Source: Lingula anatina
Lineage: Eukaryota > Animalia > Brachiopoda
Assembly (NCBI GenBank): GCA_051362555.1
Contig: CM120648.1
Coordinates: 4,026,587-4,090,586, forward strand
Direction of reading: 5' to 3'
DNA length: 64,000 nt
Each line of letters starts with the position of its first letter. Within the stretch, counting starts at the first letter, position 1. Made by a program: the position numbers and the translations under genes. A model generated the notes under the pieces. It did not search any database, was not told where the DNA came from, and saw nothing but the letters and a program-made list of their open reading frames with translations. Positions 37,294 through 49,175 of this stretch are shown piece by piece.

Positions 37294-37540
37294 TCTTCTT
37301 CTGCGCATAAACTCCGAACACAAAAAATACCAATTCCCGCAACTCCTTCTTACTAGCAGAATCAAGCAACAAAACTGTACTGAGAGAAATCTAGTTTAGT
37401 ACTAAAGTTTAATTTAATCTTTTGAAGGTATTGTGCAAATATTATTTCAATATAAAGTGGATCTTATCTTCTTCGTCATCATAAGATTAACAAAATCATT
37501 GACTTACCAGCAAAACCGCTACATAGACAAATGTCTCCAT
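33213..37540 (-). CDS. Secreted 14-Cys prepropeptide, colipase/prokineticin/astakine-like pattern with C-terminal extension, 148 aa; exons 37540-37508, 37127-37077, 36604-36466, 35970-35881, 33346-33213
   Basis: In-phase GT-AG exons give METFVYVAVLLVFPVVSHAAQLKRDGQALKSCKSSSECGQNSCCRDVRGVLVGRLNDGGSGFGFGGFGDLLLGVSPTPSVTGYCSTILQQKGERCDPSSCTCGSGLTCYRPISGACCPPHQCYDSEWVKKQEKYWRECFSNPSCPLPP*; signal peptide, KR site, upstream TATA box. Confidence 0.85.
33729..35860. mobile_element. 2.1-kb non-autonomous TIR element with 4-bp ATAT TSD (Sola-like) in the last intron of the Cys-rich gene
   Basis: 20-bp TIR cagtcattctttgctagtgg / ccactagcaaagaatgacag (1 mismatch); ATAT at 33725-33728 and 35861-35864; no transposase ORF. 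Confidence 0.7.
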
Positions 37541-37644
37541 AGTGATGGTTATATGTGTCAAAATGATGGTATTCTCTGTTTTACATCGACAGGTGTACTG
37601 TCACACACCCTACTTTATGTTCTTGATAAGACCCGCGTTCAGCT

Positions 37645-37651
37645 CTTTATA
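37645..37651 (-). promoter_or_regulatory. TATA box of the Cys-rich peptide gene
   Basis: TATAAAG on the minus strand about 105 bp upstream of the ATG at 37540. Confidence 0.55.
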
Positions 37652-38659
37652 CTGTAGTTAAAAATCAACGTAAGCAGGTCATGTTTCCAATCAAGGTGAA
37701 ACGGTCTATCTTGGGACGTCCCATCTTATCGGATCTTCTATTCACGATTCACTGTCCACGGGTTGCCAGTTAAATGAAACACCCCTTATCTGTCTCATAC
37801 CATCAAATTTACTGCTATTTTCACACAAGCTTACAGTTACACTAATGTTTTCGCATGCTGTTTCAAGCGTTATTTCAATAATACTAGAGTTCGAGTTTGT
37901 GATAAAGTGGATGCTGACTGGTGACGGGCTCTTGTACGTGTTGTATGCAGTTGTTTGCGAACTTATTGTTTCCTCCACCAACAATTAAGTAGTTATGCTT
38001 TCATTGTCTATGGTTTGTCTATTTCACCGTTTGTCTGTATAGTTAGTGAACGTTTTTTAATATATCCTCTAATTCAATTTCTTCTTTTATTCAAGCGATT
38101 ATAAAACACATACTCTGTAAACAGATTAAACATGACAGCGTTTTTGTAGTTCTCGATATATCATTAAGAACTATTTCCCGTGTGTACTAAATCATTGGCA
38201 GAAAGAAAGAACAGGAAAAAGCTAAATTGTCTTGTATTTGTGTGTTAAGTGAGTCCAAAATTTCCATGTGCCTCCCCCCCTCCCCCCCCCTCCCCCATTC
38301 GCCAGTGTGCTTTGTTTTCGAAGTCAGAGAATCAAGTAAGTATCAGGTTTGTCTATAATTAAGTTATGGAAAGATACCCTGTCTTCTAAGCTTGTTATTG
38401 ATTTGCATACCATGAATGTTTATGAACATTTAGTCATTGTTTATAGTTTAAAACGCAGGAGAAAGGAATGCTGTCACGCACAAGTGACGAGATCACGCTA
38501 TTTCATAATGTAAGTTGAAAATGGCGAGAGCCACTATTGTTTTGTACAATTGTGTATTGAGGGAAAACAAAACACGACTTTATTTATTCTATTTAATGAA
38601 GAAATGTGGAAGCAAGAACAAACAATGAACATTCGAAAAAGGAAAAAAAAGTGGTTCAC

Positions 38660-39395
38660 ACTGCACCTGAACTATCGTGGCGGACTTTTTCTGCACGGAA
38701 TACTTGCGCATTTCCATCGCAAGCGTTCACGAAAATGTAAAAGATTCATTTCGTAAATGGCCGTTTATTCCGGTAAAGTTATCTTGGCTAGGTTTTAAGC
38801 AATGGTCCATTAATCAAACACGCCAAATCATTTTCCAGTTACTGATTCGCTCTGTTCAAGTGAATATTTTTCAATTCTTTAAAGTGGTTGGGCGCAATAT
38901 CCATTAATACACACGCCAATTACATAATGGTGCATTCTATGTAATCACATCTTTTAAAGGTAGCCTACACAATGCGCGGTAGACCTTGTCAAGTGAAATT
39001 GTCATTAAATTTCAACAATTTTCCCTGCATCACCAAGGTGCACATGTACTGGTACCTTACCAAACCTGTTGAGACGATCTACCGTTTAGCCTTTTTTTTT
39101 TTTTTTGGCGGGGAGGGGGGGGGGGGGGAGGGAGGGGTAATTTCTTTTCTTTCGTTCCAAGTGAAATTCACCAGTCTTCATCACCATTATGATATGAGAG
39201 AGACTCAAAAACAAGAAACTTAAACTCTAAAACTTGTTTTTGGATCGTATAGCCATGATTTTGGATATAATATATAGTACAAGAACGCTAAGGAAGAACA
39301 AGCGCCATAACCATGATACATTCCTTGGCTGCTGTCGGTAACCATACTGGTCTTGGGCACAGGCCCATTTCTGTGTCATCCGTGCTAATTTTATT
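38660..39395. repeat. Locally repeated 0.7-1 kb non-coding unit upstream of each receptor gene (also ~48075-49500, 49535-50530, 56500-57990, 57990-58995)
   Basis: Shared blocks such as cgctctgttcaagtgaatatttttcaat, ccttaccaaacctgttgagac and ggctgctgtcggtaaccatactggtcttgggca recur five times; boundaries approximate. Confidence 0.75.
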
Positions 39396-39415
39396 TGTCT
39401 GTTGTTCTGAATTTT

Positions 39416-41211
39416 AAACAAGGCAGCAAAGCTGTCAAATGTACAGACAAAAAGCAGGAAATAACAAAATAGGCTACTGTTAATTCTGATGCAAAAGTAC
39501 ATTATGTTTAACTGCAAATTCAACATGAAATTCTAATTATGCTCAACAGGTAATACCAATGTAAGTAAAATGTGTAACAAACATAAGGCTTCAGGCCCAT
39601 GGCAGTTCAAGTTCACCTTTTCAAAATGTTAAACTTCCAGAAAAAGTAGTCAATTACACTGCTTTTCCAACTCAGGCTGCATTTTAGTCCTGTATTTCTT
39701 TTTTGAAAGTTTGGCAATCATAAGTAACATGGTTTTCCCATAATGGTCATCATGGCAGCAGCACCCAAAATTGTGTTTTCTTCAATTCTGATGCAATATT
39801 ACATAATGGTTACCAGCATAATGACAATCAATTTTTAATAATAAAATATACGTATCATGGATTTTCAGAAAATGTGACAAGCATGGGTCTTCAAGCCTGT
39901 GGAACTTCAAAGTCACACCTTGAAAATGCCTATATGTGAAAAATTAAAATTTCACACAAAAACTGTTTAACTGGCAGATTGCATTGCCTACTGAAGCTAT
40001 ATTTTAGTCCCATGTTTCTTTCCTGTAAGTTTGAGAACAGTAAGTGACATGGTTTTTCTTAATTTTTTTTTGTTTTTTTTCAAATTTTGATGCAATATTA
40101 CATAATGTTTAACAGCATAATGACCATCAATTTTTAAGAATAAAATATTAGTTTCATGGATATTCAGAAAATGTGACTAGCAAAGGTCTTCAGGCCCATG
40201 GAACTTCAAAGTCACAACTTGAAAATGCCAAAATGTAAACAAGACAGCACTGTTCTGAAATGTTTTTTTTTCCCATTTTTAATAATTTTTAACATAAAAC
40301 AAAATTAACAGTTTACTGCCGTTTTTATATGATCAACTAAGAAAATTGATGAGATGGGGAAAAATATCAATAGAGCAGTGTTAAATGTCCAATTTCCTCC
40401 ATTCTGAGATTCTGAACATAGTGAATGATTGAATCTGACAAACTGCAATGATATGAGTTTATTTCCATTTTTGACACTTTATTACACAATACACGATAAC
40501 AAGTTTACCATCATTTTTACATAATCTACTAACAATGTTGTAAAGATGCAGGAAATGTCAAACAAACACTTTAATGTATCTTATTAGTAAAATAATAAGA
40601 CTGTTAACATGCCTAAGAATTGAATCTGAGGAAATGTGAAAAAACAGCATAACTTCTAAAATAATGGCCCGATTATGCTGATTTTCGAACTCAACCTGCG
40701 TTTTAGTAAGATTGACCACTCCTGTGAGTTTAATGACAATTGGCCCATCTGTTTTTCTTAAATTGTGTTTACAGTGTTGCACATATGCTGAAAAAAGGAA
40801 AAAACAGCATAACTACTAAAATAGTGGCCCGATCATGCCCATTTTCGGACTTGACCTGCGTTTTAAAAAGATTGATTACTTCTCTGAGTTTCATGACAAC
40901 AGGCCTAACGGTTTTCCTTAAAATGTGTTTACAGGGTTGCATATATGCTGAAAAGAGAAAAAACAGCATAACTTCTACAATAATGGCCCGATCATGCTGA
41001 TTTTCGAACTTGACCTGCGTTTTATGAATATTCATCAGCTCTGTAAATATAAAACCAAAAAATAAAACTGTGTTCCACTTATCGTGTTTACAGTGAAAGT
41101 GCACGGCGACGGCATCGGCATCGGCATCGGCATCGGCATCGGCGACGACGGCGACGACAGACGCAGGTGATGGCAATATGTACAGACACATCTGTGTCTG
41201 TACATAAAAAA
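39416..41211 (-). mobile_element. Helentron-associated non-autonomous element with internal tandem arrays
   Basis: Read on minus: T-rich start, hairpin atgtacagacac/gtgtctgtacat, (gccgat)n microsatellite, three ~150-bp core repeats (40635-41030), ~300-bp repeats (39590-40240), subterminal tgtctgtacat, short hairpin gacagc/gctgcc, end cttgttt. Absent at the equivalent site upstream of receptor copies 2 and 3. Confidence 0.8.
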
Positions 41212-41328
41212 TAAATCTAGAAACACGTTTGGGTACAGCATTTCAATATTATAGCAATAAGCGCTAAGCTGAAACAGACAAGCAGTGGAAACATGAAAAC
41301 AAAAACATGACAAAACTTCAACCCTTAA

Positions 41329-41665
41329 AGCAATAATAACTCTTTGTTTCGGCCAAAAAATGAATTTTCCTGGAGTAAACAACAATTTTCCCATACTTAC
41401 CAATGGTTAATGAATCCATTTTTACATTCAAAGTTAGTCCCTGGTTTTTTTCTAAAAAGTTTGGTTTTTTGTTAAAATCTCTTAAGAGATTTTAACAGAG
41501 TATAGCCATCAATGGAGGTCGCGTGGTCTAAAGACAAGTTCAGATAACAGAATAAAAGCTATAACTGCTGTTTTTGTGGTAAAACAGAATAAATTATATT
41601 TCTATGAGTTATTCACAAGGTTTTTATTGTGAAATATAGATCTCATACGAAGAGTTATTATCCCT
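41329..41665. mobile_element. Kolobok/piggyBac-type element, TTAA TSD, inverted copy of 4076-4412
   Basis: aacccTTAA[element]TTAAtctttcagag here versus empty sites aacccTTAAtctttcagag near 50523 and 58989. Confidence 0.9.
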
Positions 41666-42140
41666 TTAATCTTTCAGAGGCGAAAGTGGTCTAGATGATA
41701 GCAAAATTGAAGCAATACTAGCAACTTGCAAATGTGCTAAACATGGATAATTTGAGATATGGAAAATTCCATTACGCCATCCCAACTGTGCGTTTTCAAT
41801 TTCATTATCTAAATGACGAAACCATATCTCACACGCAGCTTCCGCCTTCTATTTAAGCGGCCTTTCCGTCAAAAATCCGCCAAAGATCAAGACGGAGATT
41901 GTTCTGGAAGAGATCAGAAGAGTGGAGGCTTAAAGAAACGTTCGCCATATGTGGATTGAAAGGAAATGAAACTTTCCATTAACTTTTATTTTCTGTGAGG
42001 AAAAAACATTGCAATCATTGCTTAGTGTAGACAGGCCAAGGTGTCTAACAAATACAAAAACATTTGCCGGGTAAGCTGAACAATATTCGCAGAATATTTC
42101 AATTCTTCAAAGAACTCACGATTTGTATCGTACTACCAAA

Positions 42141-44719
42141 ATGCTGTTTTATCTCATCCCTTTTTGTCTCGTGCGCTTCTCGTGGTACCAGCTTGCGACC
42201 CTGTTTGGTGGCGCCCCAACTGGAAACCCGGCTGGCAGTATTGATGCCTTGTCCAATTGTCATTTTAACCTCTCTGTCGAAAGTTTCGATCAAATCATGT
42301 CCACTGTCGGGATACGAGCAGAAGTGTCTCAGCAAACGATGTTTAGTTTATTGGCTCAAGAATGCCGATTCGACGTGTTCACTTTTTATCAAGAAGCTCC
42401 ACGGGCTCATCCCGTTTTCGTCATCGGGGTAAACGCGACCCAGTGTCGCACATTCATAGACGAGAGCAACGAGAACAAAATAACGTTCATTGAATTGAAA
42501 AAGAAGCTAGACGAGCTCATTTTGGACGGTCTCTCCTTGACAAGGCAAATCGTCGATAAAGCTAACGGAATCACCGTTAACCGCACGGTGAGTGTGAACA
42601 CTACCAGTACAGTGAGAAACGCATCTGACTCGGATTTAGCGGACAGCAAAAACATTTGTCTCCGTGCATCCACAAAGTGGCGACATAACGAAGCAGAAAT
42701 ATCACTCACGCTTGCTGGTGCGAGCACTAAGATATCCGAACAGATAGTTAAGAACTTACTCAACGAGAATTATGGTCTGCGTTATTTCTTATGTAAAGTT
42801 AAAAGACGAGCTGAAAATGACGTGGACATTGGAAATCCTCTGTTCTCCCCCTCCACTTATGACGGCCCTTGTGGTTTGACCGAACTTTCCCCGTCAGATT
42901 TCGTGGCTGAATTCATGCTGGGTACATCAGAGGAAGAATGTGACAAATTAAACAGCTCCCTGCCCCAAGCCTACATCTGCGCATCATATGAAGTTAAATT
43001 CACCACACACAGGTTATTGTGTCCACTCAGTCACCACGTGGCCAATTTCACGTTGTTGGAGCCAAAAGCTCTCGTTAGCATGGCTTGTTCAGACCTCCTG
43101 CCAGACGGCGTGGAACTTTTGACAGTGGATATCGTCGAGGACGGTCCAGAATGCGCCGTGCCGTTTTTATCTAAACAAACATTTGAAGAAGACCAAAGAT
43201 TCAGCACAACCTTGGCGTATGTATCGGTGGTGATGTGCCCTTTAGGCATCATCCTGGATGGGATCCTTGTCTCTATTTTACATTGCGGGGGAAAATCTGT
43301 TTTTTCCGAATCGGCGTTGTTCCTCTTTATCACGTACGCCACGGTTAGCATATGTCGTCTATCTATGGAGTTGACCTGTAGTATCTTCTTAATTGTACAC
43401 GTATCCGACATCTATTTCTATACGAACGTTTTTCCTGGTTGGGTATGCTCGTTGATGGCAATGGGGCATACGTTTACCTACGACTGGTGCGTCTTTACGA
43501 CCTTCTTCATTACTGTCAACCGGTTCATTGTCGTCTGCTTCCCTTTAAGGAAACAAACGCCCACTGCCATATTAAAAGGTGTAAGTAACACTATTGTATT
43601 CTTATTCAAAACTTCAGACTTCAACCATTTTTTTAAATTTTTGTTTTTGTTTTATCTACTCATTAATTCATTTATTTATTTCATTTTTTTCTCATTATTT
43701 TTATTTTGTTTTTGCATTTTGCATAAATTTCAGTTCTTCACAGTGTTTGTTATTATGAGGTACTTGCTTAGATAAGCTTGCTAATATAAGTGGCAAACGG
43801 CGATCCGCACAAAATCGTGCACTGTAACAGAGAAAAAAAAGTGTTCTAACTGCTGATTTCGCCCTTTTAGATGCCAAATAAATTTTATGAGCAGGCATGA
43901 GAACAATTAAGTAACGTATATGACGCAATCATTTTGTGTTTTATTTGCATAATTGTTTTATGTGACTGTTTAACAACTGTTGTTATTTTTCTATGTTAAA
44001 GGGTACTATAAGGCCTACTCAACAAAACGGCAAGAATAATGGTAAAAGTCTATATTATGCAAATATTATTGGTGTGCGCATATGTTCACTTTTTTGGTGC
44101 AATAAACCACCTTTTAACTTTCTTTCCACAGATAATCATCAGTTCCTTACTATTCCTTGTGTGTTGTTCTGCGTACTTGGAGGTTCAGCGTCACATCACC
44201 GAGGTCAACGCGTGTCCTACCTATAACCTGTTGAACGCGGAGTTCGTCACAGCATTCAACATCTACTTCACTGCTCACACGTCTGTTTATTGTTTGCTTT
44301 TCTTCGGTATTTTGATAATGAATTCCAAGATAATACACCGAATATGGTCACAGGTGAGAAAACGCAAGAGCCTCACCACAAGCCAGGCCGCTTTCCAGAC
44401 CCCGAAAAAGGAGATAGTCAGCACCGTTTCTTTAGTTGGAGTATCGGTGTTGTTTATTATCCTCTGTGGCCCGCAGTGTGTGTGTATGATGTTGCAGTCA
44501 TTCCTGACGTATGACATTGTGAACGAATTCTATAATGTTATCAGCACTTTTGATGCAGTGTCCAGAATAAGTTTTCTGATCCACACTAGTACATGTTTGC
44601 CCGTCATTTTGGTTTGCGGTTCTCAATTCCGTCAGATGTTCAAAGAAAAAGTCGGAGGGTTTTTCTCCAGCTTGGTTTCCTCTAAATCCACCAAATCCAC
44701 CACCAACACAAACAACTAA
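42141..44719 (+). CDS. Orphan class-A-like 7TM receptor with large Cys-rich ectodomain, copy 1, 675 aa; exons 42141-43580, 44132-44719
   Basis: Signal-like MLFYLIPFCLVRFS, ~355-aa ectodomain, seven hydrophobic segments, TM3-end ITVNRFIVVCFPL (DRY-type), TM6 VSVLFIILCGPQ, helix-8-like GSQFRQMF; GGT|gtaagt..ccacag|ATA phase-0 intron. Confidence 0.85.
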
Positions 44720-45879
44720 ACCTATCTCGCTGTCCCGATCAACCTCCTCAAGTCTCTCTCTCTCTCTCTTCCACCCTACACCATGACGTCACCGGTCACT
44801 ATAAAAGCTTGACTTAACCTTATTGGTATACACATTCCCTTGTCAAGAGCTAAAATTAAAGGTATTCCTTAAAAGCTTTTTTTCATATCGATCCTAAAAT
44901 GACCATGTTATTCAAGCTTTATAAAATCCAAGATGTAGACATCGTGTATGATTATTTAAAGGATTTTGGTGCTTGGAACCGGTAGGCAAATTTCAAAGGT
45001 TGAATCTTTTGGGAGTATTTCAAATAATCTTGTTAAATTCCTGTATTGGTGTAGTACCTCTGAGGCTGACATAAATGTATTGTGGTAATATGTTTATTTA
45101 TTCCTTGTATTATTGCTGTCAAATAATTCTGTAAGGAAACCTTCTTCCTCTAAATAGTCCATATTTTGGTGAGAGACACCAAAATACATGTATGTTTCCC
45201 TTGATAATCTCTTTTCAAGACAATACTGTAAATAATAATTATTTTATAAATCCCTTTCTGGTGTATTCTATAAAAAGCTCCACCTGCTGGTACCTTGCAG
45301 AATTCCTAAAATTATTAAAATATTATTGACAATAAAACTACAAAATGACAAAGATACTGAAAATCATTATCTGCAGTAGGGCTAAGGTAAAACACCGCTT
45401 TTAATAACTCACGCATTGTAAAGCCTGTTAAAATATGTTTTCAGAAAAGTGTTAAGAGTCACCTTTTTCGCATGTCTATTCATTATAATAAACTGTTATC
45501 ACTGTTAAAGTAAAATAAATATTTGGTAACCCAGGCACCAACAGCATGAAACCGAAACTGATCTCCACGTTGTGTTAGGTGAGATTGCTGATCGTGTGCA
45601 GTATCGAATGAGATTTGTTTCCATTTGTAAATTCGGCTTTCTTTTTCTGGTCAACTTTGGAGTTTTAACAATCAGAGAAATGTGCATGAATTTTTTTCTG
45701 GGCTCGGGCATGTGAAAATTCACAGACAATTTTTTTTAAAGTTGATTATTTGCTGATACATGTTTGATATTGGGGTTTAACTCACTTTAGTTTCCCTGGA
45801 AACACCTGTGCTATCCATTCCTTTCGTCTGGGTGTCGTATCCATATTAGGGCCTACCCCAATACATATACCTGTAGGCC

Positions 45880-47230
45880 TTCCTGTAGGCCTATGATGTT
45901 GTTGAGATTTGAAAATGAAGCAGCTCATTGTAAATAAAATGTGACGTAACAAGATGTATTATCACTGTAATAAAGTAAATGTAACAGAAATTAGGCCTAC
46001 TGGAAGGCCTATCTGTATAGGCCTAGGCCAACCAATAGGCTACTGCATGTATTGTTTCTTCTGGTTATTGGCTTTGTCTCTATGGTATGTGATTATCAAT
46101 TTATCATACTTACTAACACCAAGAAGAAGACCACCAAAGCCTCCGAATCCTATGTTCAGACTTTCCATCGTTTAATCGTCCAACAAAGACTCCATATCCA
46201 TCAAGACAGCAACTGTCTCCACTGCACTCCGAGGATGTTTTGCACGATTTGAGCTGAAAATTTACACTAACAATGTCATATTATAACTTATTAGCTGGAA
46301 GGTGTTTGTATTTTGAAACAAACCCAACATGTTGATTTACATTATTTCTTTTTTGTTGTTGTTGCTAGCTGTTCAATAAAGATAGTTGTTACGAAAAGGG
46401 AATTACTTTTTGTTTATTGTTATTCACGTGGTTCAGAACTCTAGAAGCTCTAGAACCTGGATGCTGAGGGAAGGGTTTTGCTGGAATTTCCAAAATGTTA
46501 GAAAAGAAGAAAAGAAAAAGTATTGAACACAAAGAAGTTTTTATTTATTTTTTATTCATTTATTGATTTATTTAGTAAAAGGCACGTATCTGATTTTTGA
46601 TGTGGTATAAACAGGCATGGGCATGGTCCATGGTAACGGCAATTTTATGCCACGTACGTCATCTTCTGCTAAAACTTCTTTTATAACCAAACATTTCGCG
46701 TTACTAATTAAATTTTTATTTAGCAAAATTCCGTAATTTGCAGCGCATAGTTGTTCTAATGCCTGTTGGGAAAATCAAAATTTGGGATCATTAATTTCAT
46801 TCCAAAACCCTCACGAAACACCAGAGAATCGAGCATGGCTGGCAAACAAAGGTGCTGGCATTGTCGTCAATAACAAGTACCGCTTTACGTTAGTTCTGTA
46901 GACATCATGATTACTTACGCATGTAGGCTATACAAAAACTGTTTGTTGAACTGACCAGCAAAAAAGATGTTAACTTAACACTAAATTATTTGCAGAAATC
47001 CCCATTTTTTTCATTATAGGCCTACCTATTGCAAACGTTTTCTCTTTATTATTATTGCAAAAAGGAAACTTACAGCTTGGTCATAACGCTTTTGTTGAAC
47101 TGCATGGGGAAGTACTGGAAACACCAGTAAAATAACATTAAGAATTGAAACCAAGATTCCCAAGTCTCTCTCTCTCTCTTTCCGCAAAAATACTCTGAAC
47201 GCTAAAGAAGACCAAAGTCCTACTGACCCC
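45880..47230 (-). pseudogene. Decayed partial copy of the Cys-rich peptide gene (exon 2 homolog 47124-47074, exon 3 homolog 46253-46114)
   Basis: Exon 3 homolog LKSCKTSSECSGDSCCLDGYGVFVGRLNDG is 140 nt versus 139 (frameshift); exon 2 homolog VFPVLPHAVQQKRYDQA has a TG instead of AG acceptor; exons 1, 4 and 5 not seen; introns collinear with 36270-37340. Confidence 0.85.
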
Positions 47231-47459
47231 CCCTCCCCCCCCCCCCCCCCCCCCCCCCCCCCCGCCCTTTGATTTCCGAAAGAAAAATCACATCAGTGGT
47301 CCCCACTGGAAATTAGAATTTTGACTAGCTGAATAATAGTTCTAAACTGCACCAAATGGCACCGTTCACCCAAACCCCACGACAAGTTGGGGGGGGGGGG
47401 GGGTCGGCTTCGTATCCGCGGATCCCCCTTTCAAATAATCCTGGATCCGCCTCTGAACA

Positions 47460-47990
47460 GTAAACTTATCTGGAAAGATGAAACCATGAAGAACGTAAAG
47501 AAGACACGAGGAAGTCTGTATTGTTTAAGATCACTCAGGACTTTTATCGACAGTGTGCCTATTTTAGTTAATTTTTACAGGGATTTGATCAAAAATATTC
47601 TGACGTATGGTTTATCAATATGGTTTAACTGGACTACAGGGGAGGAACATAAAAATCTAAGTAATGTTGTCAAAACTGCAAGTAAGATTGTTGGACAGGA
47701 TCTCCCCAATCTGAATGATATTTTTAAGCCACATTGAAGAAAAGGACTGAAAACATCATGAGAGATTCTTCTCACGTGAACCCAGCATTAGACCTACAAC
47801 GTTTTACATTTTGACGTAGCAACAGCAGACTCTAAACTTTTAAAGGAAGTAAACACTTTTTAAAGAGTTTTTATCCGAGTGTAGTATAATGCATATTTTA
47901 ATATTAGATGAAATAAAATTTAAATTTAATTTAAATTAAAAACTGTCTTTTTATACCTAATTCTTAATTTATCTTTTTATTGTATTACTT
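47460..47990 (+). mobile_element. 3' fragment of a non-LTR retrotransposon (L2/Rex1-like ORF2 C-terminus)
   Basis: KKTRGSLYCLRSLRTF..ILVNFYRDLIKNILTYGLSIWF..LSNVVKTASKIVGQDLPNLNDIF resembles the post-RT region of L2/Rex1 LINEs; broken by stops. Confidence 0.7.
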
Positions 47991-48651
47991 TTACTTTATA
48001 CACACAACAAATTTGCTGAAAAGGAAGATGATTTCCTAATTTTATAATTGGCTAAATAAACAATTAATTTAATGCATTACCACCTATCGTGACGGTCTTC
48101 TTCTGCACGAAAAAGGTGCGCATTTCCATCACAAGCGTTCACAAAATTATAAGGCTCATTTCGTAAATAACCGTAAGTCATTTTGGTCAAGTTATTTTTC
48201 TTAGGTTGGGAACACCGGTCTATTAATCAAACACGCCAAATATTTTGCAGTTTCTGATTCGCTCTGTTCAAGTCTATATTTTTCAATTCATTAAAGTGGT
48301 TGGGCGCAATATCCATTAATACACACGCCAGTTACATGCATGCTATGCAGTCATATCTTTTAAAGGTACCCAGTGCACGTTAGAACTTGTCAAGTGAATT
48401 TGTCATTTAATTTCAACAATTTTCTCTTCAACACCAAGGTTCACATGCACTGGTACCTTACCAAACCTGTTGAGACTATTATAATATGATATAATATAAT
48501 ATGAGTATTTTTTTTTTGGGGGGGGGGGGGGGAGGGAGGTCCTAATTCATTTTTTTAGTTGCAATTGAAATTCACCACTCTTCATATCCATTATGAGAGA
48601 GACTCAAAAACAAGAAACTTACAACTTAAAAACTTGTTTTTGGATCGTATA

Positions 48652-49175
48652 CAACATTGGTCAAAAAGGTTGTCCCACCCCCAATTTCATGTGCTTTTAT
48701 TTACAAATGATCAAGTCATTGGTGTTAATTGTTCTATACAATGCTTTTAATTCCAGATACCATAACTTACATGATTAATCGTTTAGAATACAAAATAGAG
48801 GTGAAAATATCTGTATTTCATAACATTAATTCAAATTAAAAGTATGGACCCCCTCAAATCCGGCGTCTCACTGTGATTTGCACAGAAGCAAAGAAATGTC
48901 TGTTGAATTAAAAAGACATCGCCAAAAATTTCGTTGCCTCTGTGGAAATCACAGTGAGACGCCGGATTTGAGGGGATGCATACTTGAAATTTGTATTTAT
49001 GTTAAGAAATACAGATATTTTTGCCTTTATTTTGTATTTTCTGAATTACTCATCGTGTAAGATGTGGTATTTGAAATAAAAAGCATTGTTTATAGCAATG
49101 TACACCTGTGAGGTGAACGTTTGTAAATTAAAACACATGGAATTGGGGGTGGGACAACCTTTTTGACCAATGTTG
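48652..49175. mobile_element. Tc1/mariner-type fold-back MITE, TA TSD
   Basis: TA|caacattggtcaaaaaggttgtcccacccccaatt...aattgggggtgggacaacctttttgaccaatgttg|TA, palindromic almost to the centre; empty sites (atatagtacaagaacg) near 39270, 50105 and 58565. Confidence 0.88.

Noticed and set aside
37801-37984. Alternative first exon for the Cys-rich gene (ORF 37742-37984; GTG/ATG|gtatga at 37801)
   Set aside because: Exon 37540-37508 gives an ATG, a consensus donor, a proper signal peptide and an upstream TATA box, so it fits much better.
42099-43411. Antisense ORFs repeated in all three units
   Set aside because: Shadows of the receptor coding strand; repetition follows from the duplication.
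43581-43775. Hydrophobic C-terminal tails of the 550-558 aa ORFs (also 52410-52619, 60898-61116) as TM helices
   Set aside because: Read-through into T-rich intron after a consensus GTAAGT donor; not conserved between copy 1 and copies 2/3.
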